DNA of 64,000 nucleotides from Saccostrea cucullata. Its lineage: Eukaryota. The notes below the pieces were generated by a model. It did not search any database. It saw nothing but the letters and a program-made list of their open reading frames with translations, and was not told where the DNA came from. Positions 13,701 to 26,200 of the stretch are shown here, in pieces. Position 1 is the stretch's first letter, and the number at the start of each line of letters is the position of its first letter. The stretch covers positions 62,001 through 126,000 of the forward strand of contig NW_026918862.1 in NCBI RefSeq assembly GCF_032062105.1, given 5' to 3'. Made by a program: the position numbers and the translations under genes.

Positions 13701-14642
13701 CTAGTCGAGGTCCCTTCCACCTCGTCTTGGTATACCCCAGAATGATTTCCTCCTGTAAATTCATATCAGCTATAAAGTCCATCAGCATATGTAACAAGTG
13801 ATAAAACAATAATAATATAAAAGGAAATATAAAGTAACTGTTGATATTTTCCAGATTGAATAATATTCCACTAACTGAAAACATGGAATGTATATATGAT
13901 ATAATCTTACTTCAAAGTTTTAAATGCTCTCCCTCCGTCTGGAAGTTGTTGTTGGTCTTCAAACACTCGAAAACCTATTTAGCATTGAAGTACAAGCCAA
14001 GATTTAATCGTTTTGTTTTCATGTTTTAAGGCGCTGTGACTATTTAACTTGATTCTAAGACTAAAATAAAATTTGAAAGGGGGAAGCTGGAGACTGCTTA
14101 ATATCCACAACCTACTGTTGATCCAGAAAAGAAAGTGAGAGGGATTCAATTAATATCAACACAGGCTTAAATGTGTGTAGAACATTGCATAATAAATATT
14201 AAATAGTATTATCAAACGTAATTTCAAAATGTGTACTTGAAACATTTCTCTTAAACAAAGATCTTATGTTTCATAAGAAATATTTTTGCATTAAAATATA
14301 TATTTATATTTTTTAAATTCCCAAATAAAAGATAATTTTATTGTGCTATTAAAAAAATTCTTCTACAATAATGAAAGAAAAATCTGATCTGTTAATTGTA
14401 GTGATATTTTATCCCATTGGTGAAGTTCTTTTTTTCTTGTATTTAAATAAATATGTATGAACTCTTCAACTATAAAGCTGTTTTATTGTGTTATAATTAC
14501 ATAAAAAAAATGAAGGAAATTTTATCTCATTTGTAAAGTTTACATTAATCTACTGACAGCAAAAAAAAATTGTTTTGAAATACACTGTCAAATTCGAAAT
14601 TTTATAAGCTATTTTTTCTTATTTTTATTTACTAGACAAAGC

Positions 14643-14704
<62 letters not shown>

Positions 14705-15277
14705 TTTTCAAGCGATATTTACCCCGTCTACCAATTCGACCAGGTGCGTCATGGTATCCTAAAATTCCTCTTTCTTCTGTTTGGAGTGACAAATTCAGAG
14801 TCAAAGAGATCTAGAGATATAAAAACACATATGAGTTAAACTGGTAAGAAACTGTTTTGTCTTTCAAAAATAGACTCCAATACTTATTTCTTACAAAATG
14901 TATTGAACATTTTTGTTGTTAGTTTTTTTTGCATCCTTAGAAAAAAATATTTTCACTAATATGATATAACAGCAATGCTGAAGACAATCGACTTTAATTT
15001 AAGACATATTCAAAATATCAGTATACACATTTTATGGTTGATTAAAAGTGACTTAAAGATAATCCTTAGACAGCACTACAGCAATTATAAATCGTCAATA
15101 AGCTATGTTTCATATATGTAGGTATTTAAATTGTGCAAAAATGACCCTTTTTTAACTTCATCCAAAAATATTTTATATTCAAACGATACGCGTAGAGAAA
15201 TAAACAAGAATTGAAAGGGAAAGAAAATAATCAAAATTATTACTTACAATTAAGTAAATGCAGAGATATCGAATCAT
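13701..15277 (-). CDS. Small secreted prepropeptide gene B (4 coding exons, 77 aa; paralog of gene A)
   Basis: Exons 15277-15248, 14810-14723, 13974-13911 (or 13965-13911, in frame), 13752-13701; GT-AG introns, phases 0/1/2. Protein MIRYLCIYLIISLTLNLSLQTEERGILGYHDAPGRIGRRGFRVFEDQQQLPDGGRAFKTLKRKSFWGIPRRGGRDLD*. AATAAA at 13630-13635 (-). Confidence 0.75.
14644..14702. repeat. (GA)n microsatellite in intron 2 of gene B
   Basis: ~29 uninterrupted AG/GA units. Confidence 0.98.
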
Positions 15278-18246
15278 ATCCTTCAGTCTGATGAACAGTT
15301 AATGAACAGAATCTCTAACGATACCTCTCTATATATTCCATAGCCCTAAAAAGTGAATGCTATTCAATATCACTGTGTTTGCAACATTTAGAATAACATT
15401 TTTTTTTCTAATTAACATGCTTGACGATAAATGTTTAAAAACGGTCTGCACGTTTTATCAAAGAGTTGTCCTATGTTTTCACTCTAAACCACCTGTTTCA
15501 TGTTTTCTGATCAAAATATTTCAAAGAAAATGATCTAAAAAAAAAGTCCTTTTGACAAATGCAACTGAATGATATCAGTCCAGCTTGAAGCATTATTGAA
15601 CAAGAAAAGTTGCCTTTTCAGTAGTAAACATTTATTGACTTTTAAGACTTAATAGTAGTTTATATAAAATATCCCATTACAATTCAACCCAACAACAAAA
15701 TATATAATTGTTCCACAATGAAACAGTTTCGCTTAGCTGTCCACCAGCCAGACTGCCCCACTCAGTTTCTATAATTTACATGCAAACTCTTACAGGTACT
15801 AAAACGTTCTACTTTCCTATTTCTCCCTTCGCTCACCGTCTGTTCAGCGTTCGTTCAGCGTGCGTTTTTAGTGTTTTGAATATATGGAGAATTTTTAGAA
15901 TATTTGATAAACATTAATAAACACGCAACCGACGATAGTTATGTACAATTTTACATAAAAATACTCTCTACAAGGAATTCTACATTATATCTCATCAGAA
16001 GAGTTTATTTATGTTAAAAATAGTTTTAATCTTAGACTAAATTGTTTGATGCTTAGTTAAGAAGTTTACCTTAAACAGAACACTCATGATTCTTTTGGTA
16101 GGTATTCCGTCACAGATTATAGAATCAATTATTGAATCCAAATTTCTGTACAGGTATTTTTTTTAAATAAATGTATCGGATACTTAAGTTAGAACAGTGG
16201 TTATATCTTTAAAAATATATCGAATGACATGACATTTCTAGAAGTATTTACAAACTTGAATAATAAGTTGTACAGATTAGAAAAAAAGATATTAAAGAAC
16301 GTAATTATTTTACCTTGATTCCATAATTACTATTCCAAAGAAATATTTAAAATATTTAAAGGAGTACTCTCATAAATAATGAAATTTTATTACAAACAAG
16401 GAAGCGTATTTGTGTTTCTTGCTTCCTCTCCTCCCAAGAACTGGTGATAAAAAGCATGCGCACGAGGTTTCCATGTACATCCTATGGATGGATTATTGAA
16501 TCGATGTGATGTAACACAAGGTCTTTTTTTTTCCTTTAAAAATAATATTTGCATTTAGAATGCATGATCTCATCTTTCAACTGCCAACCATATGTTCCAT
16601 AGGTGCGGCCTAAATGATTTCAAAAATAGCCATTCAAGACGAAAAATAGCCTTCTAGTCCCTCTAACCATATGTGCAATCTGTCTATGTTGAAATATACA
16701 CGCAGAAAGCAACTGGTTTTCTCAGTAAATCTGGATATTACGTGACTTTTGTGATGTAATATAATATATCTATTTTTTTTTTTTTAATTTGAACATTATA
16801 TTTGTAACAATCGAATGCATTTCTAAAAAAAACTACTTACGTAAGCAGTGAATACATGTTCATAACAAAGTAATTGAAGAATGTGTCATCTAAACTTCAT
16901 CAAATTTAACTATCCTTTGGAGAAAAGTTTTTAAAAAAAAAAGAGCTACGTTCACTTTATGCATAAATCGCCCTGTCCATATATCAATTAATTCACAATC
17001 ATCCTCTTTCCCATTTTAAATTTTATATCAAAATTAATTAGAGACTTCGTACTTTTATTCCCTATAATAAAATTTCGTTTTTATAATCCGGATATTGGAA
17101 AACAGGCTTGCAGAATTTGTAATCTTGAAATTTGCAGAAAACATGCCTATTTGACTACCTTCGGTATATAATTAAAATAGAAGCACAATAGAAGTAGAAG
17201 CACAGCTCAAGATCCCCTAAAAGCACATGTTCTTTATCTTTAGAAAACAATCTATCTTTATAAATTTCTTATTTTGGATCAGGGGTTACTTATATTTTTG
17301 AAATATTGAAGAAAAAAAATACCTTATTTACAGGATCTTAGGAAAATGACACATTTAATGACTTCATAATACACTGACTAGAGTGAAATTAACGGCATAC
17401 ATGTACTACATAGGCAGTCCAAGTGATTAATACTGCATTTGCAACCTAAATTGAACGATTTCAATTTTGAGAAATTCTCAGGGCAAAAAAAAAAATTGAT
17501 ACATGTAAGTGTCTTCTTCTGAAGAAAAGTTAAAAATAAATTAATTTTATACCTTTTTCCAGTTTTATTATTCTGGGTTTTTTTTTGCTGAACATAGAGT
17601 TTGTTTGTTTGTTTTTTTTTTTTTTGGTTGTTGCCCATACCTTTTCTACACAGTTAATGCGGAAGGGGAGTTATGATAAAAATTTTAGTTTTAACACAAA
17701 ATTGATTTTATTTTAAAATGATGATTTAAATTAAATTTATAATAAAACAGATTACTAATTCCATGACAAATATTTGTATTTCTGATGTACGCGGGTCTGT
17801 TAAGGCAGCACATGGATCAGAATTCTGTAAATTAACATTTTTTTTATAATTATGTAACACTAAGAAATCGGAAAAGTCAAGGATAAAACTTTTACTATAA
17901 TTATGCATTCTATAGACTTCAATGGGACTTCTATTGTAGGAGGCACTTCACCAAGACGTCACCACGTGACGTTTCTAATTAGAAAATATACCTTAATGAA
18001 AAAGTGAAAAGTTTAACACTACCCCGAGATAAATAAGTTCCAATTTATATTCATAGTTATGTAAAAACATCTCTGTACCATGAAAAAAATGTTGCTAGAA
18101 TCCTACTGTCCTCTTACTGTAGCACGTTTTTCATTCCATAATATTTCCATAACTCAAATCAAAATTAGATCAACAAGATGTGTTTGTCAAACACTATGCG
18201 CATACTTTTATCATATACAATACCGACCGAACACAACCTAACAGAA

Positions 18247-18344
18247 AGCAAACCCGAAGCCGACCACGGTTCCCTCTCTTGGTCCGCTTCGGGTTCGCTC
18301 GGGGTCTGCAAGGGCGAACCCGGAGCGGACCCAGAGAGCGAACC
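18247..18344. repeat. GC-rich inverted repeat (probable MITE remnant)
   Basis: 18268-18300 pairs with 18312-18344 (33 nt, 4 mismatches); partial third copy at 18247-18266. Confidence 0.7.
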
Positions 18345-18690
18345 CCACTTTCAGTAGCGGTCTCAGAAAGCGAACGCGCGTTTGGTATTCTTTACGGAGC
18401 CGTCAATCAGGATTAGCGATTAACAGATCTGTCGACTGGGATAAGAGATCGAATGTGTGATGTTATTCGATACAAATCCAAACATTGTATATACGTACAA
18501 GCAAAGCGTGTGAATGCACAGTATACATGTGTAAATCTAGTATGAAAATTGTAAAATACCATTTCATATTTATTATAATTTTCCGGGCTGTATGTTAAAT
18601 TTAATTATTTTCTTTATTTTTTGAATGCAATTAATAAATCATATATTTTAATTTTCCAGGTAGGATGTTAAATGAATATTTACCTATTTA

Positions 18691-19849
18691 TTAAGGTCTC
18701 CCGTTTCCAACGGAAGACAATATTGTTTTCGTTCGGTTTCTTTTTCCCTATTATTATTAAGGTCTTTCGTTTCATACCGATTTATAGCAGGCGAGTTCTC
18801 GTAAACGGTTTGGTCGATTTTCACGAAACTTTCAGATCTGATAGATATTGGTCTGAACCTTATTGGAATTTTTTTATATGTTCGTCGTCACTTCTGGTCG
18901 TGAGATATGGACGATTTACTGATTTTTCAAAGGTCAGCTTGTCCTGGCAATCACTAAAAACGAATGAAGATATTGACTTGAGATTTTCAGTGAAGGTAGA
19001 GGAAGGACTGCTGCATTGCTTTTTTGAGCATATATCTTTCCATTGCAAATGGCGTTGAAGCTCACAAGAGCTCAGAAAATAGGCTCGGAAAATTTGACAC
19101 TTTTTCTCTGATATCTTTATACTTGTAAATTATTTGTTAAAAGATGCATAATAAACGTTGTGCAGAATTGAATTTCCTTTCATTTGATATGAAGAAAAGG
19201 GATGTGAACCCTCAAATGAAGGGCAGAGATGGGCCAAAAGTCTTTCATGTTTAACTCTTTATTTATCATTTTTTTGGTATAAGTAACTGAAGCAAAAATG
19301 TTTATCATAACAATTTGCATCAATGCATTGTAAAATAATGATAATATGTTACGTAATTAGGGGCCATTTGGGGACGAAATGTTTAATCTTAGAATCTTTA
19401 TACCTCCAAGACTGGAAATATTTTGATAAGCAGTATCGAATAAAAGATGCTCAGAATCGTCTTTTAAACATTATACAACCATTCTATATATGGAAAAACG
19501 TCCCATTAACGTTGTAAAGGACTGGCCCCTAAATTTTTCTATCCTACATAGCTCGAAAACAGAAAAAAATCTGTATTGTTATTGAACAAAAATTCTTTGA
19601 AATGAGAAACCTTATCATTAGATAGGAAGAAAGGGTCTGACCCCTCAAATAAGGGGTCCTTAGGGGCCAAAAAGACTTTCATCCATACCTACATGTATTT
19701 AAAAAATTCATAGAAAGTAAAAGAATTTAATCAAAGGAGAGAAGTCTTGATATCATTATGATCTAACGAATATCATAGTCAAAATCATATCTGATCAAAA
19801 AATCGGACGGAAGACCTACTCGTTGCTCGGAAAGAGATCTCATCTAGTT
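18691..19849 (+). mobile_element. Non-autonomous Helentron (HINE), both ends present
   Basis: 5' TTAAGGTCTCCCGTTTCCAACGGAAGAC hairpin; 3' subTIR CGGAAGACCT (19808-19817), degenerate stem CTCGTTGC-tc-GGAAAGAG, CTAG|TT end. Confidence 0.75.
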
Positions 19850-20600
19850 AAGGTCTTCCGTCTTCAGCAGAAGACCTTATTGTTTTTCTTCGGTTTCTTT
19901 TTCACTTTTATTATCATTTTTTTTTCTTACCGATTTTGTGCACGCGATTTCTCGAAAACAGCTCAACAAAATCTTATGAAACTTTCAGGACGTATGGAAC
20001 ATCACTTGAACCTTATGGTTTTTTTCCGTTTCGATGACGTCACTTCCGGTCTAGAGATATCATCGATTTACTGATTTTTAAGGGTCATTTTGTCCACAAT
20101 TTTCTCGAAAAATGGCTATAGATAGAAACTTCAAACTTCGAGGCTAGATACAACTTTGTTTGGAGAGGTGCACAAGATATTTCAAATTTACCGGAAATGA
20201 CGCACGTCGGCGCTCGCTATGGCCCGAAAATAGACCTATTACAAATTTCAAAATTTCGCACACCTTTTCTTCGATATCTTTTTACCTGAAAATATTTTGT
20301 GAAAACATAAAGAACGAAAGATGTGTAGAATTTAAAATCTTTTAAATAGTATCTCGAAAAAAGGGCTGGCCCCTAAAATTAAGGGCCTAGAGGGTCGGAA
20401 AGTTTTTTTTGTATATCTCAAAAAGTATTGAGAATTTATAATACGTCAAAGAAGCAAAGTTGTTGAAAATGTCAAGCTTTATCAAATGGGGTCGTAAAAA
20501 AATACGTCCGGTGACGTCACTTATGGTCAAACCGGAAGTAGTCCAAAATTGCATATCTTTTACTGGTTTTTGGATATCATATGTCAATAATTGGCATTTC
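19848..20600 (+). mobile_element. Second related HINE, head-to-tail with the first (3' end not found)
   Basis: Starts TTAAGGTCTTCCGTCTTCAGCAGAAGACCTTA (terminal hairpin); internal sequence similar to the preceding copy (GAAACTTTCAG, GTCACTTC.GGT, GGCCCCT motifs). Confidence 0.65.
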
Positions 20601-22447
20601 AATTTTTATTAAAATAAAAAAATGAGAAAAAAATAACTGGTCTTTGACAAATTGTATAATTTCATTATCTAAAGATACAGTAAAAAAATAAGTCTAGTGT
20701 ACAGGTACGTGCCCATCATTCGATTATTTTATTTCCATTGTCTGAATTTAAATGTTCCTTCAAATTAATCAAAATTCGCATCAAAATTATTGATCTTCTT
20801 AATTGGGCATTAAACAATTCAACGTGCATGTATATCGTCCTGTATATTACTAGTTCATGTATTTGAAAAAAAAGTGATTCAGGCTTATACAAAAACAATT
20901 CGAGTACAGAATGGAGGAGGACGATTTATAGAAATTCTACAAAAAATCATCAGGCTATAATTAGAACAATCTAATTTAATTATGAGAGTTTACAGCTACG
21001 ATCTCTTTCTTGGTCTCCTTTTCCCTGTATTTATTTATATTTAAATATTTAAAAATAATATAAAAAAGTTACAATTCATTAATGCGTGTATGTGAAGTAG
21101 GAGGGGGGGGGGGGTACTGTATATTAATATATTCTTATTGGGAGAACAAGTATTATTTGTCATTTTTTTTTCACTCTGATTAAAATCATACTCGCTCCAT
21201 AGTTCTGAGCGTAATAAAGATCTGATTTAATCTATTTCTTCTTTTTAATATATGTTACGAACTTTTAATGTGTAACTACTATAAATGAAATTTAGATATA
21301 TTACGTGTAAAATAATTTAATTAACGCAGTAGAGTTAAGGCAACACATGAAAAAAATATGGTAATGAAGTCATAATGAGGTCTGACGTCATGACAGTTGC
21401 TCCGCCCCGATTGATCCATATAAGGAAATAGTGCTCAAATAACTATTTACCAATATTTGCAAGACTTTGTAATAAACAGCAATATTTTCATGTTTAAATG
21501 GAAAATAATTAGTGATTTTCTCGTATATTAAATAGCATGTCTTTAAAATAATTCTCTTTTTAATGTGTCGTTTGTCTGCATCCGGCTTCAGCCAAGCGCT
21601 TGCACCCGGTGATACGGAATGTTGTTTACATATCAAAAAGGTGGCGACATCAGCTGAGATTTGCAGTGGATTTGAATGCAATAACCACGCAATCTTTAAA
21701 GATATAGGGATACAATAAGAGACAAGTCATTGCTTCTCCCTTTTACGAGAATATGAGGACATTATTTCGGAAAATATCGGAAAACTGAGACGATTTGCAC
21801 CAGCTCCGTAGACCCATCACTGCACTGCAATTCCAGGCCAGGTATGTATACGCATATGTGGGGGTACATGTGTAGATCTACATGTAGACATGCTTTCATC
21901 AACATCTAAGAAAAACCCTGAATGCGCATGTTGATTAAGATTTATCATTTATAGTGGTCAGTGAAAAATTGTAATGCATTGCCTTGTGTGTAACCCTCTC
22001 CCTATAATAAGTTGCACACTTTTTAGAACTACCAGGTATTAAAATTTAACTGCACTAAATATGTACTGAGTTCTTGTCAATTAGCTCAATTTCTTTGAGA
22101 CAATGTGTAGTAATGGAGGTCATCAATAACACAAATTTAAGCTAAATTAAATGAAATGTTTTCATTGTTTCAGTCAATGATTCACTAGTGACTAGGCCTT
22201 AACAAGCAATGATGTTTTTTGACATACAAACATGCTACACAATTTAAAAAAAAATATCAGTATCATTATGTTGAAAACATAGAACCTCAACTTCAGATCT
22301 TTGGTTGTAATTTCTAGAAGTTCTAAATTAATGAAAAAAAATATTCTTTTTTGTTTAGATTACATGTACATGAAAAATATTTATATAATGCTTTTATCAA
22401 TGTAGCTGTCCAGAGTTTCAGGCTTAGAGAATGAATAAAGAAAAAAT

Positions 22448-23238
22448 TAGGGATGTCAACGAATATTCGAATATTCGAATATTCATTCGATGAGTTGATA
22501 TTCGAATATAAATTCATGATTCGAATATTCGGATTTTAAGTATACAAGCATCAAAAAGGACAAAAAATGTGGCAAAAACTGAAGTTTTATCAGAAATTGA
22601 ATCAAATTCTCATCGTTGACCAATAATGATATTTTATTTAAAACCAAATTAAAATACACTCCTCTTGGATTACCTTAAAGGTGTGAAGAATGTGTCTATT
22701 AAAATGATATAAATTATTTATTTGATCATTTAATTAGAGATATAACAGTGTCCAGTACTTATAACTAGTTTGTATTGTTGAAAGGACACATTTTTGTTTA
22801 TGCATACATCATTTAAAATCATTATCAGGAAATTATTTAGTAATTGCTTTTAATGTTTCTCCATTAGATAGTTGTTCTGTGTGGTATAAATCTGTAGGAT
22901 TATCAGTGTACACTTTGGTAAGATGATTAATTAATCTGGAACTTATTAAAAGAATCTTTTGAATTTTCGGAGGAAATTTTTTTTTATTACATTTTGGATA
23001 TAAACTCTTCATATATTCTGTAAAATATTTTAAGAATATAATTAAAGTGCATTTACAAAACTCTACATGAAATTTTATTCCAAAATAATGACATAAAACG
23101 TATATATTGCTTTACAAAAGAGTGAAGATATATACATATTATAATGCAAGATGTATTTATTTTATCGAATATTCGAATATATTCGAATACTACTATCGAA
23201 TATTCGAATATCAATTATTGACAATTTTGACATCCCTA
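22448..23238. mobile_element. hAT-family MITE (791 bp)
   Basis: 12-bp TIR TAGGGATGTCAA/TTGACATCCCTA; perfect 8-bp TSD GAAAAAAT (22440-22447, 23239-23246); subterminal TTCGAATA arrays at both ends. Confidence 0.92.
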
Positions 23239-24200
23239 GAAAAAATGTATAATTTCTCCACAGGGTATGCATACTTCTAAAGCATTTCACATTTTAAAGT
23301 ATGCATACTATATAATTTTGTTGATTTTTTTTCATTTTGGTAAAGGTGAAACTCAGAATTTTGTGTAGAAAATATTCTATCAATTACTGTTGTAAATGTC
23401 AGAGGTTTCACTTACCCAGAGAAGTTTTATAACTTATTTTTTGTTTGCCCTTTATAAATATGAATAACATAAATTCATTACAGTATGCAATGTAGCATTA
23501 TTATTAATTTCGTAAAATGTAATGCCATTTTATTCTACAATATATATTTAGTAATCTCATAGCATATAACTGCATATATATTGTGTTGTAGGCCTAGCTA
23601 TTCCCAAATGTTGGACTAATGTATTCATTCAGGCAGCAAGTTAATCTATCATTTAAGGAAAATGGTATGCTTAATATTAGCTATAAACCATACAATATTC
23701 CTGATACAAGATTTTTGAATTATTCTGATAATAAAACTAACAGAAGAATTGAAAACATGTATATGCATTCTATGTTAAATGTTTCAATGCATTTTTTTTA
23801 TTTCACCTTCTTAAAACACAAATTACTTTCAATAATGGTATTTCCTGATTTTCTTATATTTTCAGAATTCATTTTATCCAAAAGAACATTAAGTGATGGA
23901 AATGATTTGCACCTGCCCAGCATTTCTACAGTCTGTCATTGGATTTGTAAACAAATGTTTATTAAATAAATTTCTAGATAGATAATAATTAGACTTTTTT
24001 ATATATACAATGTCTACTGTACAGGTGTTGAAAAGGCCATTAAGATTTGAAAATCTTAACTTGCATAAATATTTTGTATGGAGAGCACTGATGTCCATCA
24101 AGATCTTATTACCAGCATGTACACTGTGTTCATTTATTTTGCAATAATATTACCGAAAACAGGAGACTAGATACCCCCCTGATTGATTCAAAATAAGATA

Positions 24201-24479
24201 GGGGACTATCATTTGATTCTGAGGGAAGGGGTTGGCAAGATTTTCCAAGTCAGATTTTTTTTATTTTCATGTCAATGAAGGACAGATTAATATTTATTTC
24301 CGATCAATAAGATGAAGGACAGATTATTTATTTATTTTTCTCTTCATTGAAAAGTCTTACATGCAAAAAAAGAAATTCAAAGCTCTGATTCGTGGAAGGA
24401 GGGAGGGGATCACTGATCTGCAAGTATTTATTTCTTAAATCTGCCAGCCCCTCCCCCTCAAAATAAAATGGCTGTCCCC
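24201..24479. mobile_element. Harbinger/Zator-like MITE
   Basis: Imperfect ~30-bp TIR GGGGACTATCATTTGATTCTGAGGG... / ...CCCTCAAAATAAAATGGCTGTCCCC; flanks ATA/TTA (TSD imperfect). Confidence 0.55.
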
Positions 24480-24615
24480 TTAACAAATACAGGAGTATAT
24501 CCTAATCCTAATTAGTTCCAAAAACATAAATTAGTTTAAATCCCTTAACAGTAAGCGGTATGTTTGAAAGCGATCGTAGAACATGATCTCGTACATGCAG
24601 AAAGAAAAGAAAAAA

Positions 24616-24657
24616 AACTAGAGCAAAGCTCGTTGCAAAGCAACGAGTGGGTCTTCC
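24616..24657 (-). mobile_element. Helentron 3' terminus (subTIR + hairpin + CTAG-TT)
   Basis: Minus strand reads GGAAGACCC-A-CTCGTTGC-ttt-GCAACGAG-CTTTGCTCTAG-TTT; perfect 8-bp stem at 24629-24647; same architecture as 19808-19849. Confidence 0.8.
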
Positions 24658-25689
24658 TTCTTAGCAATAAGTAGAAAGTGAAATGTTCAAATGTTAACTT
24701 TGAGACCATTCTTTATTTCTTTGACTCAAACAGCAAAAACCTTTTCATAAAGTGGAGTGATCATAAGGATAAATAATCTCTCCAACACCAGAAACTGACC
24801 TACAAAATTTATACAACCTCATTTTTTGACTTGTGAAGTCATTGTTGAAAAGAAATATTTTTTTCGATTGTATCTGATAATGAAGATAATTCAAAACCGA
24901 GTATTTTTTCATTAGTAGTGGTGTAAATCATAAAATATGCTGGGGTTTGTTCTACGCGAAATTTTATGTAAGCGATAAATGTTATTTTTGAAGGTGATTT
25001 CCACCAGATGTCAACAAAGGATTATTATTTGTGTGACCTAACAATAGTTATTTTTTTTTACTTTTTAATTTTGATATCTTTGTAAAAAAAAAAAAAGAAA
25101 CCGGGAATATAATTTGCCAAAAATTGTAGCTATTTAAAGCCATATATGGCATAACTGATCCAAAAATATATTTTTGAAAAATACAAAATTAAGTAAAGAA
25201 ATATAGTTAATACATCTAAATTAAAGCTTTTCATACAATTCTGAACATGGAGAACACCTCCATTCACCTAATAATACAAATATATCTCTATTATGTGTAA
25301 TTTAAATCTTTTGTATTTTTTTCTTCCGAGCCGGAGAAAATTCCGAGAATCCAAATTAAATTGTGATATCTTTATAACGCAACTGACTTAGATTTTGTAA
25401 TATACGGAAAAGTTATATCTTTATATAAAGTAATGATACAAATAATAAGTTCTTATAATTTTAGTCTAATAATTTTCATTGTACATACGCCATATATGGC
25501 TTTATTATGGATAATTATTTTTTCATGAACAGAATGGAAAATAGTTTTAGCGATGGGAATCGGACCAAGTGGCTTTAAAATATATGGCTCAAAGATTTAT
25601 AAGGGAAAGAGACATTCCATTTTTTGTGAATGATAATACGTTTTCGTTGAGATTTAATCTTTGGTGATATTCTGTTTTTTATGCATGAA

Positions 25690-26200
25690 GGATATGGAAA
25701 TAACGAACAGTATTCGATCTCAATGTCCATTAAACAAATATGCAAAATAAGTGCAGAGCAAACATGGACCTCCGAAACATCAGAGGTGGGATCAGGTGCC
25801 ATGGAGGAGTGAGCATCCCCTACTGACCCTTCACACCCAAATAGAAGAAAACACTTGATGTGACCTTCAACTCCACATTTAGATATATATTGATGACGTA
25901 TAGTCAATTAACAGTGGTAATTTCCATTTTTGCATTGATGGGATATATCCTGGTATGCTTTAGGTAAAAGATACCACAGATTTTGACAATTTATTGTATT
26001 CTTGGATATTTTATTTGAAAAAGATGTGAATGCATGGTAATCTAACATCTAGCTATGTTATATGATAAACATGATGGATTTAACATTTTTATCATCAACT
26101 TCCCTGATTTATATAGCAATTTACCTTCATCTGCTTAATACGGAGTGTAGTTTATTCACTTTGCAAGAGCTTGTTCAGCGTATGAACAATTTCAAAATGG
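25690..26200. mobile_element. Penelope-like retroelement remnant (RT fragment on + with inverted 3' segment)
   Basis: Plus strand ~25840-26200 encodes degenerate FNSTFRY-IDD...IYP...VKDTT...LYDKHDGFN..IINFP.LYSN.PSS...FARACS; ~25690-25830 holds GGATGCTCACTCCTCCATGGCACCTGATCCCACCTCTG, recognised as an element 3' segment, in opposite orientation. Confidence 0.7.

Noticed and set aside
21630-21845. THAP-like or first-exon-like stretch (ICSGFECNNH...) ending at a GTATGT donor
   Set aside because: No ATG, in-frame stops and no complete motif set; not supportable.
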